From positions 1 through 40,734 of the IMG/VR virus record IMGVR_UViG_2718217713_000001: a stretch of DNA of 40,734 nt. One strand, 5' to 3'. The stretch comes from a virus. Lineage: Duplodnaviria; Heunggongvirae; Uroviricota; Caudoviricetes. This document shows, piece after piece, positions 1 through 9,598 of the stretch. The position numbers and the translations under genes are program-made. Under the pieces are notes generated by a model that had not been told where the DNA came from, did not search any database, and saw nothing but the letters and a program-made list of their open reading frames with translations. The first letter of the stretch is position 1; each line of letters begins with the position of its first letter.

Positions 1-270
<270 letters not shown>

Positions 271-475
271 TTACCGTTAAATCATTTTAAAATCAGTAAG
301 TTGTATCGAGTTTATATGCTTTACTGTCATTAACTTACTGTATGTTGATCCAGTGTATTTAACCTTGATAAACTCAGTCCAGCAACACAAAACCGCAACA
401 CATTGCATTTTGTCCCGTAGAAAAGACTTGTATGTGTGAGCTTGTTTTCTGCGCCTACGCAGATAAGGATTGAGA

Positions 476-1873
476 ATGCCGCGCACTGTAACACATAATC
501 CGGATAGCCCCAATAATGACGATGTTTTAGCCGCATCTGAAAAATGGGACGCCTGTAAACCCCCCTATACCAGCGCACACATGAAAATCTGTGTTGCTGC
601 CGCCAAAATCATCCTCGCTGCTTCCGGTGTGGCTCGCCGTTCCAAATACGAAAAAGAGAACTATCTCCGTATCGATTTCAGCAAAGCCGGTAAGGTTACA
701 TTTTACGCCGAGTTTCCAAAAAAGATGGGCCTCAAAGGTAAAAAGCTCGGCGAGTGGCCGGAGCTCGCTATCCAGCTGGCGCGCGAAAAAGCACTAGGTA
801 TGGCTGACGGTGGACTGCGGGCAGAGTCCGTACATGCAGCGCTGGAAATGTACCGGGATGACCTCAAAGCCAAAGTAGCCCGGCAGAAGCTGAGCCCGGA
901 CAGTTTCACAACCTACGGGGTGCGTATCGACCGGATTAAAGCAACGTTCGGCGAGCGCGAGGTGTTCAGCGACGTAACATACAGTCGGCTGGTGGAAGTG
1001 CTGGACGAGTGGATCGCCACTCGCTCGAACAATAACGCCCTGGAGTTGTTTGCCGAACTCCGTCGGTTCTGGAAGTTCTGCGCACCTACTCTTTGCAACG
1101 GCCGCAATGTTGCCGCCAGTTTGCCAGATGATTATGTTTCCTCCCGCGTACAGAAACCCACCCCCACACGGCTTTTTACCGATATTGAATCAATCGCCCG
1201 ACTCTGGCTCAATGTTGCTGCCTGCACCTCTGTACACCAGAAGAATGCTGTTCGCTTCATGATCATCACTGGCGTTCGTCCGATTAATGTCCATAACCTG
1301 CGCTGGGACTACGTTCACGAGGAGGCTGGTGAAATTGTTTATCCGGAAGGGGTTATCGGCATGCGAGGGGCTATGAAAACACAAAAGGCTTTCCGCCTGC
1401 CGATAACGCCTGAGATCCGGCGGATTATCGACGAGCAGAAAGCCTGGCGTGATTCAGTTCCTGAGTGCAACAGGGATTATGTATTTTTGCAGCCACGTGA
1501 TCCAATGCAGCCATTTTCAAAACGATCACTGGATAAGCTGGTGAAAACATACAGCCCGGACGGGGCTGTAAAAGGAATAAAACATGATGGGACTGTTAAA
1601 GGGAAAGACGGTGCATTTAATACGATGTGCCGTAAATTCCTTAAGAGCAATGTTATTGCCTTGATGAAGGAAAGAGGCTATTCCCGATCAGACCGAAGGG
1701 AAATCAGCCTCCTTTGCCTTCACCACTCCAGCAAGTCAGATGACCCGATGGCAGAACATTACGACTTTTCTGATGAGATTTTACAGGAAGAGATTGCGTT
1801 AAAGCGCGAAGCTTTCGAGGCTCACGAGCGGAGCATACTTGCGCAGGTGGCATTGCTACGGCGGCGAGGTTAA
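476..1873 (+). CDS. int: Tyrosine-type site-specific integrase
   Basis: ORF track 470..1873 (467 aa); first ATG at 476 preceded by AAGGA (465..469); C-terminal region has the R/H/Y pattern of tyrosine recombinases (MCRKF, LCLHH, AEHYDF); position at prophage end next to a host gene. Confidence 0.8.
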   Translation: MPRTVTHNPDSPNNDDVLAASEKWDACKPPYTSAHMKICVAAAKIILAASGVARRSKYEKENYLRIDFSKAGKVTFYAEFPKKMGLKGKKLGEWPELAIQLAREKALGMADGGLRAESVHAALEMYRDDLKAKVARQKLSPDSFTTYGVRIDRIKATFGEREVFSDVTYSRLVEVLDEWIATRSNNNALELFAELRRFWKFCAPTLCNGRNVAASLPDDYVSSRVQKPTPTRLFTDIESIARLWLNVAACTSVHQKNAVRFMIITGVRPINVHNLRWDYVHEEAGEIVYPEGVIGMRGAMKTQKAFRLPITPEIRRIIDEQKAWRDSVPECNRDYVFLQPRDPMQPFSKRSLDKLVKTYSPDGAVKGIKHDGTVKGKDGAFNTMCRKFLKSNVIALMKERGYSRSDRREISLLCLHHSSKSDDPMAEHYDFSDEILQEEIALKREAFEAHERSILAQVALLRRRG

Positions 1874-2070
1874 TACTGGCTGCGACATTTTTGAATAAAA
1901 GCGTCGACATTTCGGCGCTCATAACGAACTACTTTTGCACTGAAACGAATTGGTGCCAGGATAGCCCGATGACGATGCTTAATATTCCACTCACATAGCG
2001 TTTTCTGTGTAATACCTAACTTTTGGCATACTTCATCCGGGGTGAGTAAATCGTCGGGTTTCTCGCTCAT
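1870..2070 (-). CDS. AlpA/excisionase-like HTH DNA-binding protein
   Basis: 66-aa ORF, HTH-like segment LTPDEVCQKLGITQKTLCEW; RBS GAGAGG upstream of ATG; start overlaps helicase stop (ATGA); convergent with int. Confidence 0.6.
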   Translation of the reverse strand: MSEKPDDLLTPDEVCQKLGITQKTLCEWNIKHRHRAILAPIRFSAKVVRYERRNVDAFIQKCRSQY

Positions 2071-3461
2071 GCTATACCTCTCTTTTTCATGGCATCGAGC
2101 AGGATGTCCTGCACTGTTCGTTTTGAGTTGCGCCGCTCCATCACCATTTCGTCCATAGTGTCGGCAGCAATAATGTGGTGAATAAATACCGGACGATTGT
2201 GTCCGGCCTGTATCTGTCTGGTTGGGCCGATACGTTCAATAATTTGCTGATACTGCTCCAGGTCCCACCAATGTGAGAAAAATACCAGTATGTTTCCGCC
2301 GTCCTGCATGTTCAGACCGTGGCCCGCGCTGGCTGGGTGTGCAAAGAGAACAGGAATCTTTCCGGAATTCCAGTCACGTAGTGTCTGTGGATCCTGGTCG
2401 AGGTGACGACCGCGAGGAAATGCTTTAAGCAAGCGTTCAAGATCGTGTTTCCAGTGATAAGCAACCAGCACAGGTGCGCCAGCTGCTTCGGTCAGTATGC
2501 TGTCCAGCGCCTGTAGTTTGGTGTCATGCAGTTCTGACCAACTTCCGGTGTCATCTGTGTATACTGCGCCGCTGGCGATTTGCAGACACTTCAGTGTCTT
2601 TGCCGCGGCGTTTGGTGCTTCGATGCCTTCGCCATTCAGCTCGAGGAACATTTCCTTTTCCATTTCACGATACTGCTGACGGGCCTTCGGCGGCATATCC
2701 ACGCGGATTACGTTATGGATGGGGTCTTTGATATCGAACCAGTCGGTCGCATCCAGCGAGAGGGTCACATCGGCTAACGCTCGCTGTATTTCACCCTGTG
2801 AGTGAGCAAAAGGCTCCAGTTTGGTCCAGCTCTGCCCCGGAAACTGTATCGATTTGAACCAGCGTGAGGTAAACGCGCCGTAAGTGCGCCCGAGACGTTG
2901 CCCCAGGTCCACAAACCACGATTGTCCCCACAAATCTACCAGGCCGTTCGGTGCTGGCGTACCGGTGAGATTTATCCAGCGCCGGACATACTTGTGCGCC
3001 ACTTTGCCCAGCGCCGCCGCGCGCTTACCACCACCTCGCAGCCGGAAGGATTTTAGCCGGGTGCTTTCATCTGGAATGACAGTACCGAACGGCCATCGTT
3101 CTCCCAATTCCTCAACCAGCCAGACAAGGTTATCGTAGTTGATGGTGAACACGCTCGCGTTGTTGTTCGCCAACGCTGCAGAGCGCGCTTTGGCATTACC
3201 AACAATTGATTGTACCTCGATATTGCGCAAATGCCCCCACTTCAGTGCTTCATCCGGCCATGTGCTGGCAGCCACGCGCAGCGGCGCGAGAACCAGCGCA
3301 GGTTGTGTTTCTGCACCCGCCATGAAGAGGTCTTCCAGCGTAGTGAGTGTCGCTACGGTTTTACCCATTCCCATACCCGCCCAGATGTTGCCGCGCAGAA
3401 TGTTAGTTTGGTGATTGATTATGAGGTTTTGATAAATTCTGGGGTGGAATATGCTATTCAT
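2067..3461 (-). CDS. SNF2-family (DEAD/DEAH-like) helicase
   Basis: 464 aa; Walker A GMGMGKT, motif II-like DESTRLK, C-terminal helicase domain; RBS AGGTG upstream. Confidence 0.8.
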   Translation of the reverse strand: MNSIFHPRIYQNLIINHQTNILRGNIWAGMGMGKTVATLTTLEDLFMAGAETQPALVLAPLRVAASTWPDEALKWGHLRNIEVQSIVGNAKARSAALANNNASVFTINYDNLVWLVEELGERWPFGTVIPDESTRLKSFRLRGGGKRAAALGKVAHKYVRRWINLTGTPAPNGLVDLWGQSWFVDLGQRLGRTYGAFTSRWFKSIQFPGQSWTKLEPFAHSQGEIQRALADVTLSLDATDWFDIKDPIHNVIRVDMPPKARQQYREMEKEMFLELNGEGIEAPNAAAKTLKCLQIASGAVYTDDTGSWSELHDTKLQALDSILTEAAGAPVLVAYHWKHDLERLLKAFPRGRHLDQDPQTLRDWNSGKIPVLFAHPASAGHGLNMQDGGNILVFFSHWWDLEQYQQIIERIGPTRQIQAGHNRPVFIHHIIAADTMDEMVMERRNSKRTVQDILLDAMKKRGIA

Positions 3462-3490
3462 TAATACACCTATGGTAGAATATGGTCACT

Positions 3491-3518
3491 TCTCTCTCTC
3501 TATATATATATATATATA
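3491..3518. repeat. Dinucleotide microsatellite (TC)5(TA)9 immediately upstream of the RBS of 3535..4332
   Basis: Direct reading: tctctctctc + 9 x ta, followed by ACTAACGGAGG and ATG at 3535. Confidence 0.9.
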
Positions 3519-3534
3519 ACTAACGGAGGCGGGT

Positions 3535-4332
3535 ATGCCCCTGGCGAAAATATTTACAAAGCAAGTTTCTTTATTAACTATGTTTTCAGCGTTAGCTTAT
3601 GCGATGGCATATTATTTTCAGAAAGGTGTCGCATCGTATTATGGCTATCCAGACCTTTTTATTAAAATAGACTTAAATACGCTATTGTATTCGGCTGTGT
3701 GGCTTTTGTTTTTTAGTTTTTTATTTCTCGGCGCCTTATATGCGGCGTTGATGTTTGATTTGAAAGGAAAATATTATGTTCCATTTATTGTATTTATAGT
3801 TGTTATGCTAATGGCTAATATTTGTATAATAGGATTTCATTGGCCTTTTGGTTATTTCTCCGAAACTTCTGTGATGAGTGTTCAGGATATTTTATTATTT
3901 GCTATGCTTTTGTTGAATTATCACAATGTGGTGTCTATGCCAATCCATAGTAAGAGACACGAACATCATATGGAGAGCATTAGAAAATTTGGGAGGCTTG
4001 CAGAGTATAAGAACGTATTTTATTATATCGATTTAAAAATCCTAAAGTCAGCTTTTCCTTTAGGGGTGATAACGTTGTTGATATTGAGCTATACATTCGG
4101 GAAGGTTACTGCATTTAAAAATAACGAATATTATATGGTAGATGGTAGTAATACTAAAGTGTTGCTCAATTCATTTGGTAGTGGTTTTGTTGTTGGTGAT
4201 TGTGAGTCAAATAGCGCAAAATTTGAATTTGTTAATGATTTAAAAGGGATGAGATTCACAATTATGTCCTCTAAAAAGGAAATAGCTAAATTAAAAGAGT
4301 GTTTCGAAATACGTGTTAAAAATACGGATTAA
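3535..4332 (+). CDS. AT-rich multi-pass membrane protein (moron, unknown function)
   Basis: 265-aa ORF with about 5 hydrophobic helices and a soluble C-terminal tail; strong RBS GGAGG; opposite orientation to flanking early genes; low GC compared with neighbours. Confidence 0.55.
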   Translation: MPLAKIFTKQVSLLTMFSALAYAMAYYFQKGVASYYGYPDLFIKIDLNTLLYSAVWLLFFSFLFLGALYAALMFDLKGKYYVPFIVFIVVMLMANICIIGFHWPFGYFSETSVMSVQDILLFAMLLLNYHNVVSMPIHSKRHEHHMESIRKFGRLAEYKNVFYYIDLKILKSAFPLGVITLLILSYTFGKVTAFKNNEYYMVDGSNTKVLLNSFGSGFVVGDCESNSAKFEFVNDLKGMRFTIMSSKKEIAKLKECFEIRVKNTD

Positions 4333-4344
4333 AGCATAAGTCTT

Positions 4345-4632
4345 TTATCCTTTATTGCGGCTTAAAATAATGGCTTCCAGATTTTTGCTATCCAGCACCA
4401 CTACGGTAAAGCCCAGCGCGCGCAACCGTCCGTGTTCGCGCAACTGGTCAGGCCGTGGTGGCTTGCCGGGGGATTTACATTCAACGAAAATGATACGACC
4501 GCCGGGTAGCAGAACAATGCGATCTGGTACCGAGCGGCGACCGGGGGATACGAACTTAAAGGCAACCCCGCCAGCCTTTTTTACTTCAGCGACGAGGTGC
4601 TTTTCGATTAGGTTTTCACGTTCATAGGCCAT
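4345..4632 (-). CDS. VRR-NUC domain nuclease
   Basis: 95 aa; PD-(D/E)xK-type motif PDRIVLL...FVECKSP typical of VRR-NUC; start overlaps upstream stop (TAATG). Confidence 0.8.
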   Translation of the reverse strand: MAYERENLIEKHLVAEVKKAGGVAFKFVSPGRRSVPDRIVLLPGGRIIFVECKSPGKPPRPDQLREHGRLRALGFTVVVLDSKNLEAIILSRNKG

Positions 4633-4826
4633 TAGCTTTCGCCTTCCTGCTTTTTGCGTTTCTTCATGCAGATAGCGCAGTTCTCAGGATGGTCATGCCA
4701 TTCATCAATCCTGATACCTATGAACATCCATTTTCCGCATAGTGATATGGCTTCCCCCGAATTAAAGAAATGTGCTTTTTTTGACAGAGCGGGGAACCCC
4801 CAACCCTTATTATCGATATTAGACAT
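4632..4826 (-). CDS. Hypothetical small protein (Cys/His-rich C-terminus)
   Basis: 64-aa ORF with strong RBS AAGGAGGTG; C-terminal WHDHPENCAICMKK; translationally coupled to VRR-NUC. Confidence 0.45.
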   Translation of the reverse strand: MSNIDNKGWGFPALSKKAHFFNSGEAISLCGKWMFIGIRIDEWHDHPENCAICMKKRKKQEGES

Positions 4827-5010
4827 CGTCCACCTCCTTACGCTTTTCGCGCATGTTCTGCATCAGACAAAAATCAAACCGACGTTCGCTTTGGCCCAGA
4901 CCTGCATCGCCCGGTCGTACCCGCCGGACTGTTCAAGGTGCAAAGCCTCCCGCACAGTCCGGTAATAAAGCGGACTGTCCCGGTATTTAAATGACATAGG
5001 GTTTTTATTC

Positions 5011-5036
5011 CCAAATAAAAAACCCCGCGATGCAGG
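5011..5036 (-). terminator. Intrinsic terminator downstream of the TIR-like gene
   Basis: On the minus strand CCCUGC-AUC-GCGGGG hairpin (one G-U pair) followed by UUUUUUAUUU. Confidence 0.55.
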
Positions 5037-5060
5037 GTTGTAATCAACAATAAGGGGTAA

Positions 5061-5822
5061 TTACGAGGAAGCGTTAGCTATTTGAGCTTGTGTAAATTCG
5101 AAACCAGAATTTTGTAACCGTTGCACTAGACGAGGAACTGTTTCACGTACATGGTCGTTGAAATTCAGATACAAAATCCCGTTAGCATCAGAAGGCTGTT
5201 CTAGGTGCTGTTTCTGAAGGATTGCTACATTGCTGCGCCCTAAGGACGAAAGAAGCATACCCATCTCGAGTACAACGTTCTGTCTTGCGCGGGGTTGGAT
5301 TTCTGCTTCACCGGCGCGCTTTGAGTATCCCATATCATCAGGTGTCAAAAGAACAATCCCGAAACGGGTAGCAGTTTGTCCTTGCCCAATTTCACGTTCA
5401 AGCTCTTCAATAATGGTGAGTCCAGTCCCTCCCGTATTCTGCAAAATGAAATGGTCTGGTAATCCAAGTTTATGAAGGATTAGCTCAAGTTGCTCCTTTG
5501 CAGTATGGTCATGGCCGTGAACAATGAATATCTTTTTGGGGAGCTCAGATGGCTGTTCTACGGCTAGTGGTGTTGCCGTGGGCGGCGTTCCTAAATGGGT
5601 CATTATTGCAGTTTCAACATTGGGACGTTCTTGAGGGTTACCTTGAAACTGAATGGTCCGGGTGGTGTAAAGGTTAACAATTACGCCATTCGTTAAACGA
5701 TAGCAGTCACAAGTCTCACGCTGTTCGTGGGAAAAATTGGTGAACCCACACTCCCCCAAAAAGTCAGGAAAAGATTCTCTCGGGTATGGATAGGTGATCG
5801 GCATTTCAGTTAGTTCCTGCAT
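5061..5822 (-). CDS. TIR-like (COG4271/PF10137-type) domain protein with unknown N-terminal domain
   Basis: 253 aa; C-terminal about 150 aa carries motifs KIFIVHGHD, GIVLLTPDD, ARQNVVLEMG...LGR that I recall for the bacterial TIR-like nucleotide-binding family; N-terminal about 95 aa unrecognised; RBS AAAGGA upstream. Confidence 0.55.
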   Translation of the reverse strand: MQELTEMPITYPYPRESFPDFLGECGFTNFSHEQRETCDCYRLTNGVIVNLYTTRTIQFQGNPQERPNVETAIMTHLGTPPTATPLAVEQPSELPKKIFIVHGHDHTAKEQLELILHKLGLPDHFILQNTGGTGLTIIEELEREIGQGQTATRFGIVLLTPDDMGYSKRAGEAEIQPRARQNVVLEMGMLLSSLGRSNVAILQKQHLEQPSDANGILYLNFNDHVRETVPRLVQRLQNSGFEFTQAQIANASS

Positions 5823-5886
5823 AAGTATTGTTCCTTTAATTTACTCGAATTCAGCATGTCGCCATAGCTCGATAAGGTGAGTTATA

Positions 5887-7950
5887 TCAATCTTTTTTGT
5901 AGTGGTACGCCTCAAAACCGCCAGCGTTCAGTGGGATATCGGGCGCCCATTCGGGGTCAGTGGAGAGAAGCGCGGAAAGCGCTTTATCGTTGAAATCTTC
6001 TGTGTCAGGTGCTTCGGTGATCACCTCGTCGTGTACCGTCAGCACAATGCTGTAACCGGCATCTTCGATAAGCGGCATGTTTCCGGCCAGAATGTCGCGG
6101 GCGGCCGCCTGGGTGATGTTCTCCACCAGCTTTCCGCCGTAGGTTTTGAGTCGTTGCCATTTACGCGAATAAGAGTTAACCCCCATGTAGGTGATATTCC
6201 CTTTTTCGATAACCGGAGACGGGTAGCATACAGCGCGTCCTGATGGTAGCTGTATGCGCAGCCACGCGCCATCGCGGCGGATTTTAAGATAACCGCAATA
6301 CAATGTTTTTTGCGGTGTGGCGATTGCAGTGCGGACGGTGCGCTCCAGTTCGTACCAGAAATCACAGGTCGCGGGATGCGCCCGGCGCCAGAGACGTTTA
6401 AGTGAGTCGCAGGCGATAAATACCCGTTCAGAAAGCCCGTAGGTTGACTTGCGTTTAACCGATTCGTCGTACCAGCTTTTCGCCTCGTGGATAACATCGC
6501 GGGGAATGTTTGGTAGTGCGGCGTTCGCCAGCTCGTCGAGATCGAGACCGTAAACCAGTGCAAAAGTGATGAAGGCCGACACACCACCACCATAACCCAG
6601 ACCGAGTTCCATGACTTTACCGATCTGACGCATGTGTTTATCAACATCATCTGGTGCAATATCGAAAGCTTTTGCATACGCCAGTTTATATAAGTCCGGA
6701 CCCGTTCCGGCGTCGTACTCTCTGAATGCATTCAGTTTCCATTCTTCTCCCGCCAGCCATGCCAGCATACGGCCTTCAATGTTCGACAAGTCACTTACCA
6801 CCAGCTTTTTGCCTGTTGGCGCGATAATGCAGCCACGTAACGCTGAACTGGTTAGTTCCATGATATTGTCAAACAGCAGGTCTGCACATCCGGCTTTCAG
6901 TGCTTCGATGCCTTCGTCTATTTGTTCCTGTTTTAGTGAAGGGCGGGGAAGGTTCTGGGGCTGGAATAGCCGTCCGGCCCAACGACCGGTACGTGACGCC
7001 CCGCAGAACTGTAGCGTACCGCGTAAGCGCCCGTCGTGGCTTACGCCTTTCATCAGTGCCTTGTATTTACTGGTGCTGGTAGTACTGGCCTGCAGGCGGA
7101 TAGCCAGCAGTTCTTTCACGGCAGATGGTAAATCGGGGTCGGCAATACGACGTTCCAGAGTACTGCGTTGCATGTCTGGTAGCTCCACACCGTAGGATTC
7201 AACAATGTGCTTAATCAACGCGTCTCGTTGTGTGGCTGCCTGCACTTCGCCATCAGTCATTTCCTGTGTACGCTTTGCCAGGCGCTTTTGTTCCTGGTCT
7301 ACCGCGTCGATCGCAGCGCGTGCGAGTTCCACGTCCATGCAGACGCCCCGGTCATTGATCTGCTGATCACGATGCCAGAGCGTCAGTTCTGTCCCCTGAT
7401 AATTCCACTTCGGCAGACGTTTATAGACTTCGCGCATTGCCTCGATATCCAGTCCGGCGTAAGCAACAAAGCGCCGCCATTCTTCCGGGTGGGTTTTGCT
7501 GGTGGCACGGCGCAGTTTGCTGTTTTTCGGGCGGGGCTTACAGAACAGCTGGATCAGCGCTTTACCTTCTTTGTCCTTCGCTTTGTCTTGCGGGACGCCT
7601 AGTACTTCGCAGAGTTCCCCCAGAGACCCCGGGAGACCGTGCGCCAGCGCCTGCACCATTGTGTCGCGCCAACGTTCGACTGGCGGTGCCAGGCGCGGCA
7701 TTGCATAACGCAGGACGGTGCGGTCGAAGTGAGAGTTATGGAAATAAAGCAGGGTTTCAGGGTCTGCGATTGCTTCGTATAAGCCGTGTGGAATACCACC
7801 ACCGGCAGTGATATCCCACACGTTTACGGGCCCGTCGTTGATAGCCCATGCGAACAGCATCACTTCAACGCCTTCGGCATACGCATGGGTACCGTTCGTA
7901 ATAGGGATTTCGCAATAGGTTTCTAGGTCACCCCATAGTATATTGGACAT
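5887..7950 (-). CDS. Family A DNA polymerase (T7-like, with 3'-5' exonuclease domain)
   Basis: 687 aa; motif [14 protein letters not shown], motif [17 protein letters not shown], motif C VHDEV; N-terminal exonuclease-like region. Confidence 0.9.
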   Translation of the reverse strand: MSNILWGDLETYCEIPITNGTHAYAEGVEVMLFAWAINDGPVNVWDITAGGGIPHGLYEAIADPETLLYFHNSHFDRTVLRYAMPRLAPPVERWRDTMVQALAHGLPGSLGELCEVLGVPQDKAKDKEGKALIQLFCKPRPKNSKLRRATSKTHPEEWRRFVAYAGLDIEAMREVYKRLPKWNYQGTELTLWHRDQQINDRGVCMDVELARAAIDAVDQEQKRLAKRTQEMTDGEVQAATQRDALIKHIVESYGVELPDMQRSTLERRIADPDLPSAVKELLAIRLQASTTSTSKYKALMKGVSHDGRLRGTLQFCGASRTGRWAGRLFQPQNLPRPSLKQEQIDEGIEALKAGCADLLFDNIMELTSSALRGCIIAPTGKKLVVSDLSNIEGRMLAWLAGEEWKLNAFREYDAGTGPDLYKLAYAKAFDIAPDDVDKHMRQIGKVMELGLGYGGGVSAFITFALVYGLDLDELANAALPNIPRDVIHEAKSWYDESVKRKSTYGLSERVFIACDSLKRLWRRAHPATCDFWYELERTVRTAIATPQKTLYCGYLKIRRDGAWLRIQLPSGRAVCYPSPVIEKGNITYMGVNSYSRKWQRLKTYGGKLVENITQAAARDILAGNMPLIEDAGYSIVLTVHDEVITEAPDTEDFNDKALSALLSTDPEWAPDIPLNAGGFEAYHYKKD

Positions 7951-8006
7951 AAAATAACCTTGTGTGATATATGGTTATGTAGGCGTAAATAAACAAGGAG
8001 ACGGCG

Positions 8007-8276
8007 GTGTTTAGCTTTGGTATCGGAATACTTTCATTGATAGGTATTATTGCTTTCCCCATTCTTTATATTTTAGGGAGAATAGTTCGGGCTGGTGGCG
8101 CATGGCTCGAACGTGAAGAAGGTCCTAAGGATCGTGTTCTTCCCAAAATTATAATTTTTGCGCTTATTGGGTTCTTTCTTGGGTGTTTGGCTCAGCCTGT
8201 ATGGGACAGCATTTCGGCATGTAGAGACTATGGCAATCCAATAGGGAAATGTCTTTTTAAATTCAATGAATTTTAA
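8007..8276 (+). CDS. Small AT-rich membrane protein (moron, unknown function)
   Basis: 89-aa ORF, GTG start 8 nt after AGGAG, two hydrophobic helices; opposite strand to the replication operon. Confidence 0.45.
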   Translation: MFSFGIGILSLIGIIAFPILYILGRIVRAGGAWLEREEGPKDRVLPKIIIFALIGFFLGCLAQPVWDSISACRDYGNPIGKCLFKFNEF

Positions 8277-8343
8277 TTTTTAGTATTGCGGTAGGCTGGT
8301 TTGGATAACTATTTTCTTAAGCCAGCCTTTGTTATAAGAAATA

Positions 8344-8982
8344 TTAAGCATCTACCCCTTCGTCAGAAGGGAGGCCGATCATTTCGTTGAGAGTTTCGCG
8401 TCGTATAGCTGGCGGAAGCGGAGCAGATGGTGCATCGGCTGGCAGAAGTTCTTTAGCTTCAGGCCACTCTTCCAGCAGGCGCTTAACTGTGCGCACTTTA
8501 CTGAGTGCAGCGCTGACATTCTGTCGAATGTCTGACTCATCGCTCTGTATCTGCTCATAAAGTGCATCAAACCCGTAAAACTCTGTAACTAGAGGGTCAT
8601 TTGCCAGAAGGGTAAATTCCCCCGGCGCGATTTTGTGAATATGGTCTGGTGACCCTGATTCATATCCTCGATAGTTACCGTTGAAATAGACGGTAACCCG
8701 AGAACCTGCCAGATTCAGACACATGTAACACTCTTTCCTGATAATATTATTGGCGGTTTTTAATGCTTCGGGGAATTTTGATACCAGTGTTTCTATTTTT
8801 TTTATAATTTTTAATATTTCAGCTTCTTTCTCTACGCCCCCGATAGCTGCAAGCCGAACACGTTCGGCCCATTCAACACGAGCAGCTCGTAGTGCTGATT
8901 TACGTTTGGGGATACCCGCTTTCTCAAGTGCGTTATTGATGATTTGAGTTTTAAGGTGATTAGTTAATACGGGCTGTGACAT
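8344..8982 (-). CDS. Hypothetical phage protein
   Basis: ORF track 8344..8997; internal ATG at 8982 has the better RBS (GAGGGAAAG); no recognisable motif. Confidence 0.55.
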   Translation of the reverse strand: MSQPVLTNHLKTQIINNALEKAGIPKRKSALRAARVEWAERVRLAAIGGVEKEAEILKIIKKIETLVSKFPEALKTANNIIRKECYMCLNLAGSRVTVYFNGNYRGYESGSPDHIHKIAPGEFTLLANDPLVTEFYGFDALYEQIQSDESDIRQNVSAALSKVRTVKRLLEEWPEAKELLPADAPSAPLPPAIRRETLNEMIGLPSDEGVDA

Positions 8983-9034
8983 TATTCTTTCCCTCATGAG
9001 ATACCCCCAGCACGTAGCTGGGGGATGAATATTT

Positions 9035-9583
9035 TTAAATTAGTGCTTCAGCATCAGCACCTTCGCTGATATCGTCGAAATCGTCAGCGCTTGCCACTCC
9101 GCCGCCAGCGAATGCATCGCCGTCTCGCAGGAACTGGACTCCGCCGAGTGAGGCATTAATGCGTTTACCGAAATTATTGTCCTGTGCCCAGATATCGATA
9201 ACGGCGTTTACATAGCACCCTGCATAGGGACGTCCGTCAGCCTGAATAAGTGGCGAACGATCGCGATCAAGAACAGCTGGGCGCGCTTTGTTAGCAGCAT
9301 TCAGGAAGAAATTACCGGGGAAGCCTTCATACTCTGCTTTTTCATCACCATCATGCAGGCACAGATTGAGTTTTTTCTCCAGCTGGTTATAAATGGGCTC
9401 CCACTTCTCTCCCCATTTTTCCTTCGCTACCTGCTTCATAGCTTTACGGATTTCTTCCAGTTGTGGGTGTTTGGGTGACATTAAAAATACTGCGGAGAAA
9501 CGTGGATCGCCTTCGCCGTTTACAGTTTTAGCTTCAAACAGAGACGGGAAGGCCAGACGAACATTGTTCAGCTTCAGTTTCAT
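9035..9583 (-). CDS. DUF2815-family phage protein (putative ssDNA-binding protein)
   Basis: 182 aa starting MKLKLNNVRLAFPSLFEAK, typical of the DUF2815 family that accompanies phage family-A polymerases; RBS AAGGA. Confidence 0.7.
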   Translation of the reverse strand: MKLKLNNVRLAFPSLFEAKTVNGEGDPRFSAVFLMSPKHPQLEEIRKAMKQVAKEKWGEKWEPIYNQLEKKLNLCLHDGDEKAEYEGFPGNFFLNAANKARPAVLDRDRSPLIQADGRPYAGCYVNAVIDIWAQDNNFGKRINASLGGVQFLRDGDAFAGGGVASADDFDDISEGADAEALI

Positions 9584-9598
9584 GGGTATTTCCTTAAA

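Noticed and set aside
4654-4965. Plus-strand 103-aa ORF overlapping the 64-aa gene and upstream region
   Set aside because: Antisense to minus-strand genes that have strong RBSs and translational coupling; no RBS of its own
5902-7811. Several plus-strand ORFs (5902..6243, 6632..7195, 7207..7602, 7437..7811 and others) overlapping the polymerase gene
   Set aside because: They lie antisense to a long, motif-rich polymerase ORF, have no convincing RBS and unusual composition; most likely chance open frames in GC-rich coding DNA
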